Positions 22,780 through 35,147 of a stretch of 64,000 nt of DNA are shown piece after piece. The stretch comes from Diplonema japonicum (Eukaryota; Protista; Euglenozoa: Diplonemea), in NCBI GenBank assembly GCA_964019335.1, contig OZ025648.1:992001-1056000 (forward strand). The letters run 5' to 3'. Each line of letters begins with the position of its first letter. Positions within the stretch are counted from its first letter, which is position 1. A program made the translations under genes and the position numbers. The notes beneath the pieces were generated by a model, which was not told the origin of the DNA, made no database searches, and worked only from the letters and a program-made list of their open reading frames with translations.

Positions 22780-24106
22780 TGGGGCAAACTTTGCTGGTTC
22801 GCCTTCGGGTTCATCCCCCGGCAGTGTACAATAACAATTTGCCGTTTCTCTCTTTTTATTTATTTATTTATTTTGTTACTCTGTAGGTCATTGGTATTTT
22901 GATCAAAAAGAAAATATTATTTCGTATGTCGCGAGTACCCATACAACTGGGTAAGTGTCTCGAAACCCTTGCAACCCACCCTAGTGGCGGCCTTAGCAAG
23001 TCGGGGGGGGGGGGTGAAAAGATAAAATAGCTATTTATTGCCAACAGATTATGGTCATAATTTCACTCGAGAATTGGTGTTTTTTTTACCCTCGGGTAAA
23101 AAAAAAAAAAAAGGTTCGAGACTGAAAGGAATGGCCGTAATCTGGCGGCAAGTAAGTAATTTTATCTCACTTTTCAGAAATCGAGGGGCATCTCTGCTAA
23201 TTTTTTGGTGTCTTAACAACCTTGGTGTTTTATGTGACAATATCACAATAACAACAACAATGGGGGTGTTCTACTAGCTACTGCCTGTATTAAGTCTCAG
23301 CGATCGCCGCTTTAGGGGTCTCGACTCCTCCCTTGCAGGTTTAACCCGATCAGATTATGAGCTGAAGAAATTTCTCAAAAAAAAGTGAGATAAAAAAAAC
23401 ATAATTTAATAAATTTCGAAAAATACTGCCTTTTATTTCTCCCCACTATTTCGTTCAAGAACCTCGGGGGAAAAAAAAAGGGGGGGAGGATCAAGAAATC
23501 TCTTGCTCCATTACTGCCGTCTTCTGCCATGTAGTTTTTCTATTGGCAATGGGCTCGTTTGTTCTGCTGTTGTTTCTCTCATTTTTTTTTTCTTTCTTTC
23601 TTCTTCTTTTCTTGTTTTCTAACCCCGAAGCCGAAGCAAACCCGCAAAAAAAGACGGGATATTGCCATCATCCTTCGAGACTTGCTATTCTTGACATTGT
23701 CGGGCAGCAGATGACCTCACCTGAGACAGGTTTTACTCCCCAATAGGCAGTCGTGATATCATCACCCTGAACGGCCAGGGTTGCTGCGAAGGGGTTGGCA
23801 CCTCTAACCTCCAAGCCCTGCAGTAACCCTGGCACACCGCTGGGTAAAAATACTGCCGTAAGGGACATCGTTGCCTTACCCGACTCATGGTAGCACACCA
23901 CAAATGGCGCTTACCCGACTCCTTTTTTCCATGTCTCACTTCCTCTCTTCTTACAAGCCCTCGTTTCACCGTTTTTAGGGGAGCCACCATGGTGGCACGT
24001 GCACGCATACAGGATCAGGCACTGTGATGTACTTGGCTTACCAAAAGGACTGCCCCTGAGGTAGCTGGTCGCCAGGTCGTCGAACGCATTTGCGGGGGTC
24101 GGTGCG

Positions 24107-24137
<31 letters not shown>

Positions 24138-24172
24138 TCTAATTTGCGTTGAAGCACGGTTAAAAAATTTCT

Positions 24173-24205
<33 letters not shown>

Positions 24206-24335
24206 CAACCCTTACAAGAAATAAATACTCTTCCCTCTTTCTATATAATTTTTCTTTTTATTTATTTTATGCAACTTGTGCCGAGAATGGACTCGAAACC
24301 AAAAAAAAGGGGGGGGAGGATAAATAAAAAGAAAA

Positions 24336-24989
24336 ATGGAGGAACTTAAACAACGGCACATAGCTAAGCTGCAAAAGGAGATGGAGGTAAAGGCCTCTTG
24401 TGGAGAAGGTGCGCAGGAACTGGTGGAGGCGCTCCTTATCGAGCATCCATCAGCTGGGGAAGCAATGTCCGCGGGCTTCAAGACGCAGTACCGCGCCATT
24501 TGCATGAACATAAGAAATGTAAGCGCAATGCTGAATGAAAAATCTGCAACAGTAGACGAAATTTCTAGGATGTCGGGAAAGGCGATGGCGAGCAAGGAGG
24601 TCAAGAAACAAGTAGAAGCGATTAAAGAAGAAGAGATAAAGTATTCTAGAAAAAAAAAAAAAAAAAAAAAAAAACTTTGTGTAGGGCCGATACCCTTCTG
24701 GAGGGATACAGTGCCAAATGCAGAATCTGCGGTTTGCGAAAAATGTCAATGAGTAATACAAACGTGATGGCTGACTTGGAAGAAAGGTGCAAATAAAGAA
24801 AAGAGAGAACAAAAAAAAGAAAATCAACACAGCGAGCGAAAACAAGAGATGGACGATGATTTCTGTTACTGTGAAGCACTCCAAGAAGACGAGAATGCTG
24901 AAGGCACAGGAACAAGCTCCCCCAATACGGAAAAGAGAAAGCAAGACACCCACGGGGACGATCGACCGGCTAAGAAACCCCGCAGCTGA
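24336..24989 (+). CDS. TFIIS central-domain-like protein with atypical Cys-containing tail; introns 24641-24684 and 24787-24832
   Basis: FKTQYRAICMNIRN...MSGKAMASKEVKKQ resembles TFIIS_M. The spliced tail contains CRIC...FCYC. Confidence 0.55.
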
Positions 24990-25148
24990 AGGAACGACTG
25001 ACACTCGCTGATCACGCACACCGCCCCTCTTTATCAACACATTTACTTGGAGGGTGTGTTTTTTCCAATCTCTCAAAAACCTGTGTACACATCTTGCCTT
25101 TCCCTTAATTTAACAATAAGCGCCGCTGCAGGGTTTAAAAAGGAAAAA

Positions 25149-28100
25149 ATGTTAAGATCCTTATCTATCTTGTCGTTCGCTCTAGTCGCTACCGCTGTTG
25201 ACAGCGAAAGTACGCGTCACGGGTCCTGCTCAGAATGGAGGGAGGAGGCGAAGAAGACCATGCGCCCAGGGAAGTACGTCCCTCAGTGTGAAGCAGACGG
25301 GGTGACCTTCAGCAGGAAGCAATGCCAGGGTGGTGTTCAGAACTGCTGGTGTGCCCACCCGGTGACGGGTGAGAAGCTCGATTCCGACATCTCCACCTGC
25401 CAGGCATGTGCTGTGAAGAGGGATGCGGCTCAGAAGAAGGGCTTCTTGGGATCCTACATCCCTCAGTGTGAGGAGGATGGTACTTTCAAGACGAAGCAGT
25501 GCCACGGCAGCACTGGGAAATGCTGGTGTGCAGAGAAGATGACTGGTGAACATCTTGATGTCGAGCTTTCGGCTTGTGACGAGGCCCTCACCGGGGAAAC
25601 TGTACCCTGCTCAAAGAAGAGGGAGGAGGCGAAGAAGACCATGCGCCCAGGGAAGTACGTCCCTCAGTGTGAAGCAGACGGGGTGACCTTCAGCAGGAAG
25701 CAATGCCAGGGTGGTGTTCAGAACTGCTGGTGTGCCCACCCGGTGACGGGTGAGAAGCTCGATTCCGATATCTCCACCTGCCAGGCATGTGCTGTGAAGA
25801 GGGATGCGGTTCAGAAGAAGGGCTTCTTGGGATCCTACATCCCTCAGTGTGAGGAGGATGGTACTTTCAAGACGAAGCAGTGCCATGGCAGCACTGGGAA
25901 ATGCTGGTGTGCCGAGAAGATGACTGGTGAGCATCTTGATGTCGAGCTTTCGGCTTGTGAAGAGAATAATGCCGCTGCTTGCGGTGAGGCGAGGGTGGCA
26001 GCATTCAAGACAAGCGCAGCATTTGTACCGGAGTGCGAAACAGATGGCAAGCTTTGGAAGGCAAAGCAGTGCTCGAAGACAGGGTGCTGGTGCGTGGATG
26101 TGAAGACGGGGAAGCGGGCGGGCGAACTGAATGCAGAGGGGTCCTGTGTTGCCGTAGAGGTTGTGCACTGCATGGAGGCAAGGGAGGAGGCGAAGAAGAC
26201 CATGCGCCCAGGGAAGTACGTCCCTCAGTGTGAAGCAGACGGGGTGACCTTCAGCAGGAAGCAATGCCAGGGTGGTGTTCAGAACTGCTGGTGTGCCCAC
26301 CCGGTGACGGGTGAGAAGCTCGATTCCGATATCTCCACCTGCCAGGCATGTGCTGTGAAGAGGGATGCGGCTCAGAAGAAGGGCTTCTTGGGATCCTACA
26401 TCCCTCAGTGTGAGGAGGATGGTACTTTCAAGACGAAGCAGTGCCACGGCAGCACTGGGAAATGCTGGTGTGCAGAGAAGATGACTGGTGAGCATCTTGA
26501 TGTCGAGCTTTCGGCTTGTGACGAGGCCCTCACCGGGGAAACTGTACCCTGCTCAAAGAAGAGGGAGGAGGCGAAGAAGACCATGCGCCCAGGGAAGTAC
26601 GTCCCTCAGTGTGAAGCAGACGGGGTGACCTTCAGCAGGAAGCAATGCCAGGGTGGTGTTCAGAACTGCTGGTGTGCCCACCCGGTGACGGGTGAGAAGC
26701 TCGATTCCGACATCTCCACCTGCCAGGCATGTGCTGTGAAGAGGGATGCGGCTCAGAAGAAGGGCTTCTTGGGATCCTACATCCCTCAGTGTGAGGAGGA
26801 TGGTACTTTCAAGACGAAGCAGTGCCATGGCAGCACTGGGAAATGCTGGTGTGCCGAGAAGATGACTGGTGAGCATCTTGATGTCGAGCTTTCGGCTTGT
26901 GAAGAGAGAACCCCCGCTTGCGGTGAGGCGAGGGTGGCAGCATTCAAGACAAGCGCAGCATTTGTACCGGAGTGCGAAACAGATGGCAAGCTTTGGAAGG
27001 CAAAGCAGTGCTCGAAGACAGGGTGCTGGTGCGTGGATGTGAAGACGGGGAAGCGGGCGGGCGAACTGAATGCAGAGGGGTCCTGTGTTGCCGTAGAGGT
27101 TGTGCACTGCATGGAGGCAAGGGAGGAGGCGAAGAAGACCATGCGCCCAGGGAAGTACGTCCCTCAGTGTGAAGCAGACGGGGTGACCTTCAGCAGGAAG
27201 CAATGCCAGGGTGGTGTTCAGAACTGCTGGTGTGCCCACCCGGTGACGGGTGAGAAGCTCGATTCCGATATCTCCACCTGCCAGGCATGTGCTGTGAAGA
27301 GGGATGCGGCTCAGAAGAAGGGCTTCTTGGGATCCTACATCCCTCAGTGTGAGGAGGATGGTACTTTCAAGACGAAGCAGTGCCACGGCAGCACTGGGAA
27401 ATGCTGGTGTGCAGAGAAGATGACTGGTGAGCATCTTGATGTCGAGCTTTCGGCTTGTGACGAGGCCCTCACCGGGGAAACTGTACCCTGCTCAAAGAAG
27501 AGGGAGGAGGCGAAGAAGACCATGCGCCCAGGGAAGTACGTCCCTCAGTGTGAAGCAGACGGGGTGACCTTCAGCAGGAAGCAATGCCAGGGTGGTGTTC
27601 AGAACTGCTGGTGTGCCCACCCGGTGACGGGTGAGAAGCTCGATTCCGACATCTCCACCTGCCAGGCATGTGCTGTGAAGAGGGATGCGGCTCAGAAGAA
27701 GGGCTTCTTGGGATCCTACATCCCTCAGTGTGAGGAGGATGGTACTTTCAAGACGAAGCAGTGCCATGGCAGCACTGGGAAATGCTGGTGTGCCGAGAAG
27801 ATGACTGGTGAGCATCTTGATGTCGAGCTTTCGGCTTGTGAAGAGAGAACCCCCGCTTGCGGTGAGGCGAGGGTGGCAGCATTCAAGACAAGCGCAGCAT
27901 TTGTACCGGAGTGCGAAACAGATGGCAAGCTTTGGAAGGCAAAGCAGTGCTCGAAGACAGGGTGCTGGTGCGTGGATGTGAAGACGGGGAAGCGGGCGGG
28001 CGAACTGAACGCAGAGGGGTCCTGCACAGGTATCACGATGAACACGCCTTGCTTGGAGAAGAGGAACGCTGCCTTGGAGAAACATACCAAGACAGGACAC

Positions 28101-28576
28101 ACGGGGGTGTACATTCCACTGTGTGAGGCGGATGGTAGCTACAGCAGGAAGCAATGCCGGGGTGGTGTGCAAGGCTGCTGGTGCGTGGACTCTGAAACGG
28201 GAGAAAGATCGGCAGATAATAAGTGCCTTTCTTCCCTTAACAAGAAGTCCACTTTGCCTGAATCCGAAAACAACAGCGAGAACGACAGCAAGAACGACCT
28301 GAATGTTGGCATTGCAGTAATGGCCGTTGGTACAATGGCTGCGGCTATCGCAGTCGCTGCTGTAACTTACTATCACTTGAAGAGGAGGCGCTCTCTGCAT
28401 GACAGTGTGATCGCTAAGGAACTGGGGCAGGACATGGATTGCATTTCGACATGGTATGGAGGGGACGGGTTTTTGGAGTAGGAGGAAAAAAAATTTTTAA
28501 AAAAAAATAAAGTGATGTTGAGGACCCTTCAGACACCGTGAAGCTGAACCTTGTAGACCACGACGCGGTTGAATAG
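25149..28576 (+). CDS. Type I membrane protein with 16 thyroglobulin type-1 domains; probable intron 28454-28512
   Basis: Signal peptide MLRSLSILSFALVATA, repeated C...YxPQC..DG.F...QC....CWC motifs, and TM segment VGIAVMAVGTMAAAIAVAAVTYY followed by KRRR. Confidence 0.9.
25240..28025 (+). repeat. Higher-order coding tandem repeat (A-B-A-B-C)x3
   Basis: Near-identical DNA units. The inner period is 381 bp and the outer periods are 942 and 939 bp. Confidence 0.92.
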
Positions 28577-29395
28577 AAAACCCCCCCTTTTTTTCACAGA
28601 AGGAGAGGGAAAAAAAAAAAACAGAGGAGAGAAACGACATAAGTCATGAAGTAAGAAAAAAAAAATACTTTTCCCCCTCTTCAAACGACGAAGTTGAGGA
28701 GAGCTTAGCGATCTTTTTTGTATTCCCAGAATGGGAGTGGGTCTCGCTCGTATGCCCCGTTTGAAGTTTTTTTTTTGTTTACAGTATTTTTTTTTTAAAC
28801 TCGCAAAAAAAAGAAGAACGAACGGTGTAACATAAATTGAAAAGGGGGAGGAGAAGGAAATAAAAAAGAATCTTTGTGAATATTTTCTAGTATTTTTTTT
28901 GATTTTATTATTATTATTATTTTTTCCCCCTTTTGACACAAAAAGAAAAGAACTTCCCGCGTCTGAGAATCGAAAGGAAGAAAAATGAAAGTAAAAAAGG
29001 GGGGGGGGAGAAAATCATACAAATAACGAAACCCGCGTGCCCCCCCCCCCCCCTTCCCTAGTTTATCTTTACGTATTTTGTTCTTTCCATTTTCCAATTA
29101 GAAAAAAAAAGGGGGGAGTAAGAAACTCGTTGTTCTTATACAAAACCCCCCCTTTTTTTTCCTGATTTGAGAAAAAAGTTTCCTAGCCCCACTTTTTTTT
29201 GATTTTTTTTCTTTGTGACGGGAAAAAAAAAAAAAATAGAAGGGAAAAAAAAATTGTTATGTCAATCTCTTCCCCCCCCCTCCCTCCGTTTTCATTATAC
29301 CAGTACCATTGACAAAGAAAAATCTTAAAGAAGAAAGAAAAAAAAGGGGGGAGGGGAAAGTACCCCATTTTTTTTTCAAAAAAAAAAGAAGAAAT

Positions 29396-30568
29396 ATGCA
29401 AAGGACACGGCCAACCCGCTGTGCATTAGTGAGCTTGCTAGGAGCGCACTTAGCGAGCACATCAGAGGTTGAGATAAAAACAGATGGAAAGTCCGCTAAA
29501 AAGACACATCAAGAAATGATGTACTGGGTGAACAACGAAAACTACGTCGAAATGGCACAAGAAATACTGGCAAAACGAAAAGAAGAAGGCTACCGTGTGT
29601 CTGTAAAGACAATATGTACCGTATTGAGAAGGGCCGGAAACATGCAACAAATGAGGGAAGTCATTAAGTTCTGCAGCAAACAGATTGTGGCCCACCGCAT
29701 GCTTATGGAAACAATGATACAAAAATGCTTAGAAGTAGGCGAGGAACACGAACTGCGCTACCTCTACGAAAATGAGACACTCAGACGGACAGAACTGTAC
29801 CAGCTGGCGTCTTTGTTCTTGAAATACGGGCAAAATCACGAACTGTGTCGCTTAGTCAACATGCAACAAGCTTCAGAATCATCTCTCATTACCTCAGATA
29901 TATTCGCGCTTCTTGTTCGATCTTGCGTAACATATCGGCAGCTTTTCGCGACTTTAAGAAAAGGCCATAGTTGGAGGTTCCGTAATCAAGAAGTCGCACT
30001 AGCCGCCATCGAGGTCAGCATCGACCTGCAAAACCCGCACTGTTCCAGACTTCTTACCTGGATCCTTGAAGGTACCTACGGAACTGCCGAGGCTCCATGG
30101 TGGGAACACCCTTCGCTGTCTGAAAGAACAGATTTACCCAGGGACAAGGATGACATAGGTGCTGCAATCATAACCGACACGGAGCGCATGTTGCCCAGGC
30201 TGTACCGGGTGGCTCCCTGGTCCACGCCATGGGCTGCTTTTTTATATTATCACGCGGTTGTGGGGGACTTCAAGAAATGCAGGTTCTACCTGAGGAAGCT
30301 CAGGAAGATGGAGCTGGTCTACAGGCCCGTTGCGCGACACTACCTTCTCCGCACTGCTGGTCTTCTTATCGCACGCAAGCGGGGGGAGAAGACCCGCACT
30401 AAAGAATGGAACGATCTTGCCTATGACGTCTACAAAAGCATGCCTGAGTTGTATCCCCTCTACCAACAAGTCATCTCCGGGAGATACGTACACACACTCA
30501 GATCGACGATCCCACCCGGGGAAGGCAGTGGCCTTGCTTCGAATATCGACAAAATCGCTCATTTGTAG
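29396..30568 (+). CDS. Hypothetical alpha-helical protein, possibly mitochondrial
   Basis: Long ORF with ATG after an A-tract and an Arg-rich N-terminus (MQRTRPTRCAL). Confidence 0.7.
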   Translation: MQRTRPTRCALVSLLGAHLASTSEVEIKTDGKSAKKTHQEMMYWVNNENYVEMAQEILAKRKEEGYRVSVKTICTVLRRAGNMQQMREVIKFCSKQIVAHRMLMETMIQKCLEVGEEHELRYLYENETLRRTELYQLASLFLKYGQNHELCRLVNMQQASESSLITSDIFALLVRSCVTYRQLFATLRKGHSWRFRNQEVALAAIEVSIDLQNPHCSRLLTWILEGTYGTAEAPWWEHPSLSERTDLPRDKDDIGAAIITDTERMLPRLYRVAPWSTPWAAFLYYHAVVGDFKKCRFYLRKLRKMELVYRPVARHYLLRTAGLLIARKRGEKTRTKEWNDLAYDVYKSMPELYPLYQQVISGRYVHTLRSTIPPGEGSGLASNIDKIAHL

Positions 30569-30573
30569 AGTAT

Positions 30574-30612
<39 letters not shown>

Positions 30613-30676
30613 TATTAAAACTCCCGCTTTCTTTTCCCCCCCCCTTTTAACCGAAGCAGGAGGGGGGAACGCAACA

Positions 30677-33600
30677 ATGTCGGGGAACCAGTTAGAGATG
30701 CTAGCAGGATGGCACAATGTCGCAGTCCGTGCTGAGAGCACCAACGAGCAGCGGCTGCAAGCCTTGAAAAGCATCGAAGACGCGAAGGAAGTACTGGGAT
30801 GGGACTGCGGGGAAGCAGGCATCGCCATCATGGGCAAAGTTGACGTGAATGATGGGTTGCATTACTTCGGCCTGCACCTGCTCGAGGAGGCCGTTGAGCG
30901 GTACTACGAAGGGAGGGATGAGTCGCGGGTTGTATTGCGGGGCAAGATTATGGAAGCGGCTTTAAAAATGGGCACCTGCCCCAACAGGACTTCAGAGAAG
31001 CTGGGGCAAGTCATCGCAGACATCGCGAAGCAAGACTGGCCAGCGAGGTGGGGGGACTTCATCCCGCAGCTCTTGCAGGTCCCCATGGTGATCGTCAGCA
31101 AAACCCTGCGGTCGTTGTTGGAAGATTTGAAGGAGGCGTCGACTGTAGCCTCTACAGGGACATCGAAGTGGGATAAGAAGTCCCATCTTCCTGCTCCCCG
31201 GAAGCGGGAGCTCGTCACAGCCGTTCGCGAGATCTCAGCCGACCTCCTCACATACCTCCATACACACCTCCAGTCACCCGATGCGCATGTCGCTTCTATA
31301 CAGTGTCTCACGTCTCTTATCTCCCTTGTAGACTCTGCTGTGATCATCAACTCTGGCGTGCCGCAGACTGTCACCACGCTCCTCATGAACACGAACCCCC
31401 AGTCTGACTCCTGGCAAGTCATTGCGGAGTGCGTCGCAGAGCTTGGTTCCATCCCGTCGGACAGCATCAGCTGTGTTCTTGCGGCTGTCTCCACTCTGGC
31501 GCATAAACTGAGCACCACCTACAGCGGCAAACCCTGCCCTGATGAGTGTGCACACCTCGTGCTGATGGAAACCTGCAAGTGCCTCAGCGCGCTGATTTCC
31601 AACAAGGTGCTCATGAACGATGCTGCAAAGGTACTTGAGGTTGTCAAGGCATGCCTTGGGTTGCTAAAGATACCCAGCCTCCCTGTTGCAGAGAACCTGC
31701 TTCCCTGCTTGCTACTTATTGTGAAAGCGCGATACGATAGCGAGATGAAAGAGCTGCCTGTCCTGCTCAGGGAGGCACTGGCGGACAACATCAGTGACCC
31801 GGAATCAGAGGGCGGCTTGGCCTTCCCGAATATCTCGTGGTCGGAGGTGGTGTATGACTATGACGAGTGGAAGAGTGCGCTTGCAGGTGCCAAGAGGGAC
31901 GGGCGGGCCATCCTGATGTCGTTGACAAAGAGCGATCCCGTGTTTATGGTGAATACGATGTTAACGCTGGCAAAGGAGTTGGGGACCTTCCAGACCAGGC
32001 ACCCCAGTGACCCACTGGACTTCACCGGCGAGCTGCACCCTTGCAGCAGGCAAGCCGTTGCATGGGAATCTTCGACCTTCGTCATCACATCTTGCCTCTC
32101 AGCCCTTGGCACCATCCCGCAAGCCTCACTTGAGCAGGCCCCTGTGAAGGAGCTCGTTGAGTCTCTGTCTTCAGCTCTCAGCATAGAGACCAGCGACAGT
32201 GCAGTTATCATGGCGGTGGCCGACCTCATCGGTGGACTTGGGAGCTTGTACAAGACGCACCCCAACCAGCTGGTGTCGCTGGCGTTCGAAAAGCTTTTCA
32301 AACTCATGCAGCACAGGAGAGACTTCGAAGCTGGCAGCACGGTGCTGTCGCCCGCCACGTCGGACGCCAGGAAGAAGGTCATGAACGCATACATCAAGAT
32401 CTGCTCCACGCTCCCTTCGCAGCTGCTGCAGTTTGTGCACCCTCTGATGGAAAGGGCCTCTGCGTTGGTGGCGTCGAACGAACTCCTGCCCTCAGAAACC
32501 AGCTCTCTCTACGAAGGCCTCGTGATTATCAGCAACATGATGCCTGCAGAAGGGCAGTCCGCACTGCTGGAGACGCTCATCAAACCCTCTCTGGCACTCA
32601 TGGGAGAGATGAGCCACATGTCAAGCGTGCAAAGCCTTGCCGCGCTGCTCCAGAGGCCTACGGCACCTGACTCATCAGTGTCGAAGATCCTGCACATGCT
32701 GAACACCCTTACGGGAGTGTTCCGCCACTGCAAGGGCACGGTGTTGAAGGGATTGGCAGAACAACTGGCTTCCACAATGCTGCAAGCGGCGCAGTCTGTT
32801 TCCTATCTACACGGGAAGCAGAAGGAGGCGCTTCCTGCAGTGCTGCACCCGATGCTCGCTGTTGAGAACTCAGACAACGGCTCATGGCAGTACGCGACAG
32901 GCGACGAGCAAGCGACGCTTACTCTTATCGACGATGGACGCAACTTCATGTCGTCGTCACGTGTCCTGCTCTTCGAACTCCTCAGCTACATCGCCGTCAC
33001 CACACCTGTGCTGCACGAGCACTACGTCACCTCGAGCGTGGGGGCCATCGGTGAAGGCTTGTCGGTAGACAGTGCCAGGGAGCTGCTTTTCCACTTCGCC
33101 CCGAGGTTTGTGTACTCTTGCCCTCCCCAGCTGCTTGAATCTGCTGCCAAGTTCTTCAACGGGTCCTGCAAAATGGCAGCGGATAGCATCACCACGTGGT
33201 ACCTGCAGTACTCGGAGTCTGAGGACAGGCGTGTTGTGTACGAAACAGCGTCGCTTGCCATCGACCTCATCGGCAGGCCGGTGAAGGCGAACCAGGGGCA
33301 GGAAGAGGGTGCTGTTTCAAACTATTTGATGACCAACCCCATATCTTGCACGGGTATCTTGCTGGTGGTGAACAGCAGTTTGGTGTGGGGCGACGCGCAG
33401 CCCGCTGTGAGGGCATTGGGGGTCCTGAAGAAGATGCTGCCCGTCATTGTGCAGGCTGCAGACCTACACCAGCACATCTATGTGATATACGGGAACTGCA
33501 TCAAAAGGCTGCTGCAGGCAGAGCTAAGCGACGGGATCAACGGGCTGGTGGGGTGCAATTCGAAAGAGGACTCGCTGCTGTCAGAGTGTGTCGCCGCCAT

Positions 33601-33914
33601 ATCGCTGATGTTATGCACGCTCGGCCCTGTGCACTCTGTCTTCGTAAGCGCATTGAGACAGGCAGGTGTCCCGGAGAGCGAGAGCTTGGACGCTGTGTTC
33701 GACCCTCAGGAAGGAAGGCGGGTGTCCTTCGTGCGCTCCATTGTCAGCAAGTACATCGCAGGGCGTAATAAGAGCAGAACAAAGACCCCTGTCAACCTCG
33801 CACTGCCGTCGTTCGCATCTCATGTAAAGGGCACAGGGTATGTTTTGTTGGTGTTACGCAACCCCCACACACAACAGGTACTTCGACGACCCCACGCCCA
33901 TCCCCGTGTCGTAG
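30677..33914 (+). CDS. Karyopherin-beta family exportin (exportin-5-like); probable intron 33838-33877
   Basis: IBN_N/Xpo1-like N-terminus (HYFGLHLLE, EKLGQVIADIAKQDWPARWGDFI) in a ~1,065-aa helical protein. Confidence 0.75.
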
Positions 33915-34010
33915 TAGTATCAAGGTTCACTTAACATGAAACAGATTTTTTTTTTTTTTAAAAAAAGTTTTTTTTTTTGTTCGGTTTTGGAAATATTTTC
34001 CCCCTAGGAA

Positions 34011-35147
34011 ATGGCTTACACACATGCGATGCGGTCCTTTTCGTTGGACGTGACGGGGTCCCCACACATGGGCGAGGGGCTCTTGAAGACGTGTTTGAGC
34101 ACCGGGAACAGCAGGAGGTGCAGCAAAGTGAAGCTGGCCCCGCCGCTCCCCATGCTTCTCAACGAAGTCGACGAGGAAAATTCGTTTGTGACGGTGATGC
34201 TGAACGGAAACTGCGTGGTGCGGTGCGGGGTACCGCAAGGGGACGCAACGGCAGAAGTGGTAACAGACCTCCCGCACAGTGTGAGAATCAACAATGACGG
34301 CCAGTCCCTGTACCTCCAAACAGTGGCTTACATGGCACACGTGTGTACTCGAGATATCGATATCTCAATCACCTTAGTTGACGAAACAACAGACAAGGAG
34401 GAAACCGTCCCCGTGGGCACACTAAACCACGATGTAAAAATGTGTAAAAGCGTTGATTTTGTCCCTTTCGTTCCCACGAAGGCAGTCCTGACTCTGTCAG
34501 GGAAGAAGCAGCTTGAGGGGTCTTCTTTAAAAGACGCTAAGTTCCTCAAATCCGTGTCATCAGTACTGCGAAGCATGGCGTTAAACCCTGGGCAGGGCTC
34601 GATGAGCGCGGCTGTCTTGCAAAACCATGCCAAGTGTTTGCCTTTATATGACGAGATAGTGGGTAAAAGTGGTTGGTTGCAGTTTTTAAAAGCGTGTGTT
34701 GGGTTGGAGGTACTCCAGCTAACTGAGGAAGAGATTAATAATCTAAACCTCGGGCCGTTGGTGAAGGTGGGAGAGCCTAGAGTGGTTCTTCGAGGAGTTG
34801 ATTGGAAAACACGTGATGCTGATCGGGCGAAGCAAGTTCGTGAGAGGGAGCGGGCGTTGCTGGATACGCTTGTGTCTATGTTTCGTAGTTCAGGGGAATG
34901 TCTCACTCAACAGGAGCTAATGGAGATTTTGGGTGAGGACTCGAATTTTTTGTTTTTTGTACAGCCCTCGCTTGCAGCTGTTTCGCGTTTCATTATGCAG
35001 AACAAGGATATCTTTACGTGGCCCACCCACCCTGAGATGACGTGCACGGCCGGTCTGCGCCACGACCGTCCTGGTGAGGTGTCCCTTACTAAGAATAGCT
35101 CTGAGCGGATTCCCATCAATGCTGTAAGAAAAACAAAGCCTAAGTGA
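34011..35147 (+). CDS. Hypothetical protein
   Basis: 378-aa ORF with coding-like composition. Confidence 0.7.
   Translation: MAYTHAMRSFSLDVTGSPHMGEGLLKTCLSTGNSRRCSKVKLAPPLPMLLNEVDEENSFVTVMLNGNCVVRCGVPQGDATAEVVTDLPHSVRINNDGQSLYLQTVAYMAHVCTRDIDISITLVDETTDKEETVPVGTLNHDVKMCKSVDFVPFVPTKAVLTLSGKKQLEGSSLKDAKFLKSVSSVLRSMALNPGQGSMSAAVLQNHAKCLPLYDEIVGKSGWLQFLKACVGLEVLQLTEEEINNLNLGPLVKVGEPRVVLRGVDWKTRDADRAKQVRERERALLDTLVSMFRSSGECLTQQELMEILGEDSNFLFFVQPSLAAVSRFIMQNKDIFTWPTHPEMTCTAGLRHDRPGEVSLTKNSSERIPINAVRKTKPK

Noticed and set aside
23700-23730. ADDLT, resembling the reverse-transcriptase YADD motif
   Set aside because: Followed immediately by a stop, with no other RT motifs in frame.
25230-28400. Long antisense ORFs (up to 302 aa) over the Tg1 gene
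   Set aside because: They are shadows of the repeated sense-strand codons, repeat with the same period, and show no independent motifs.
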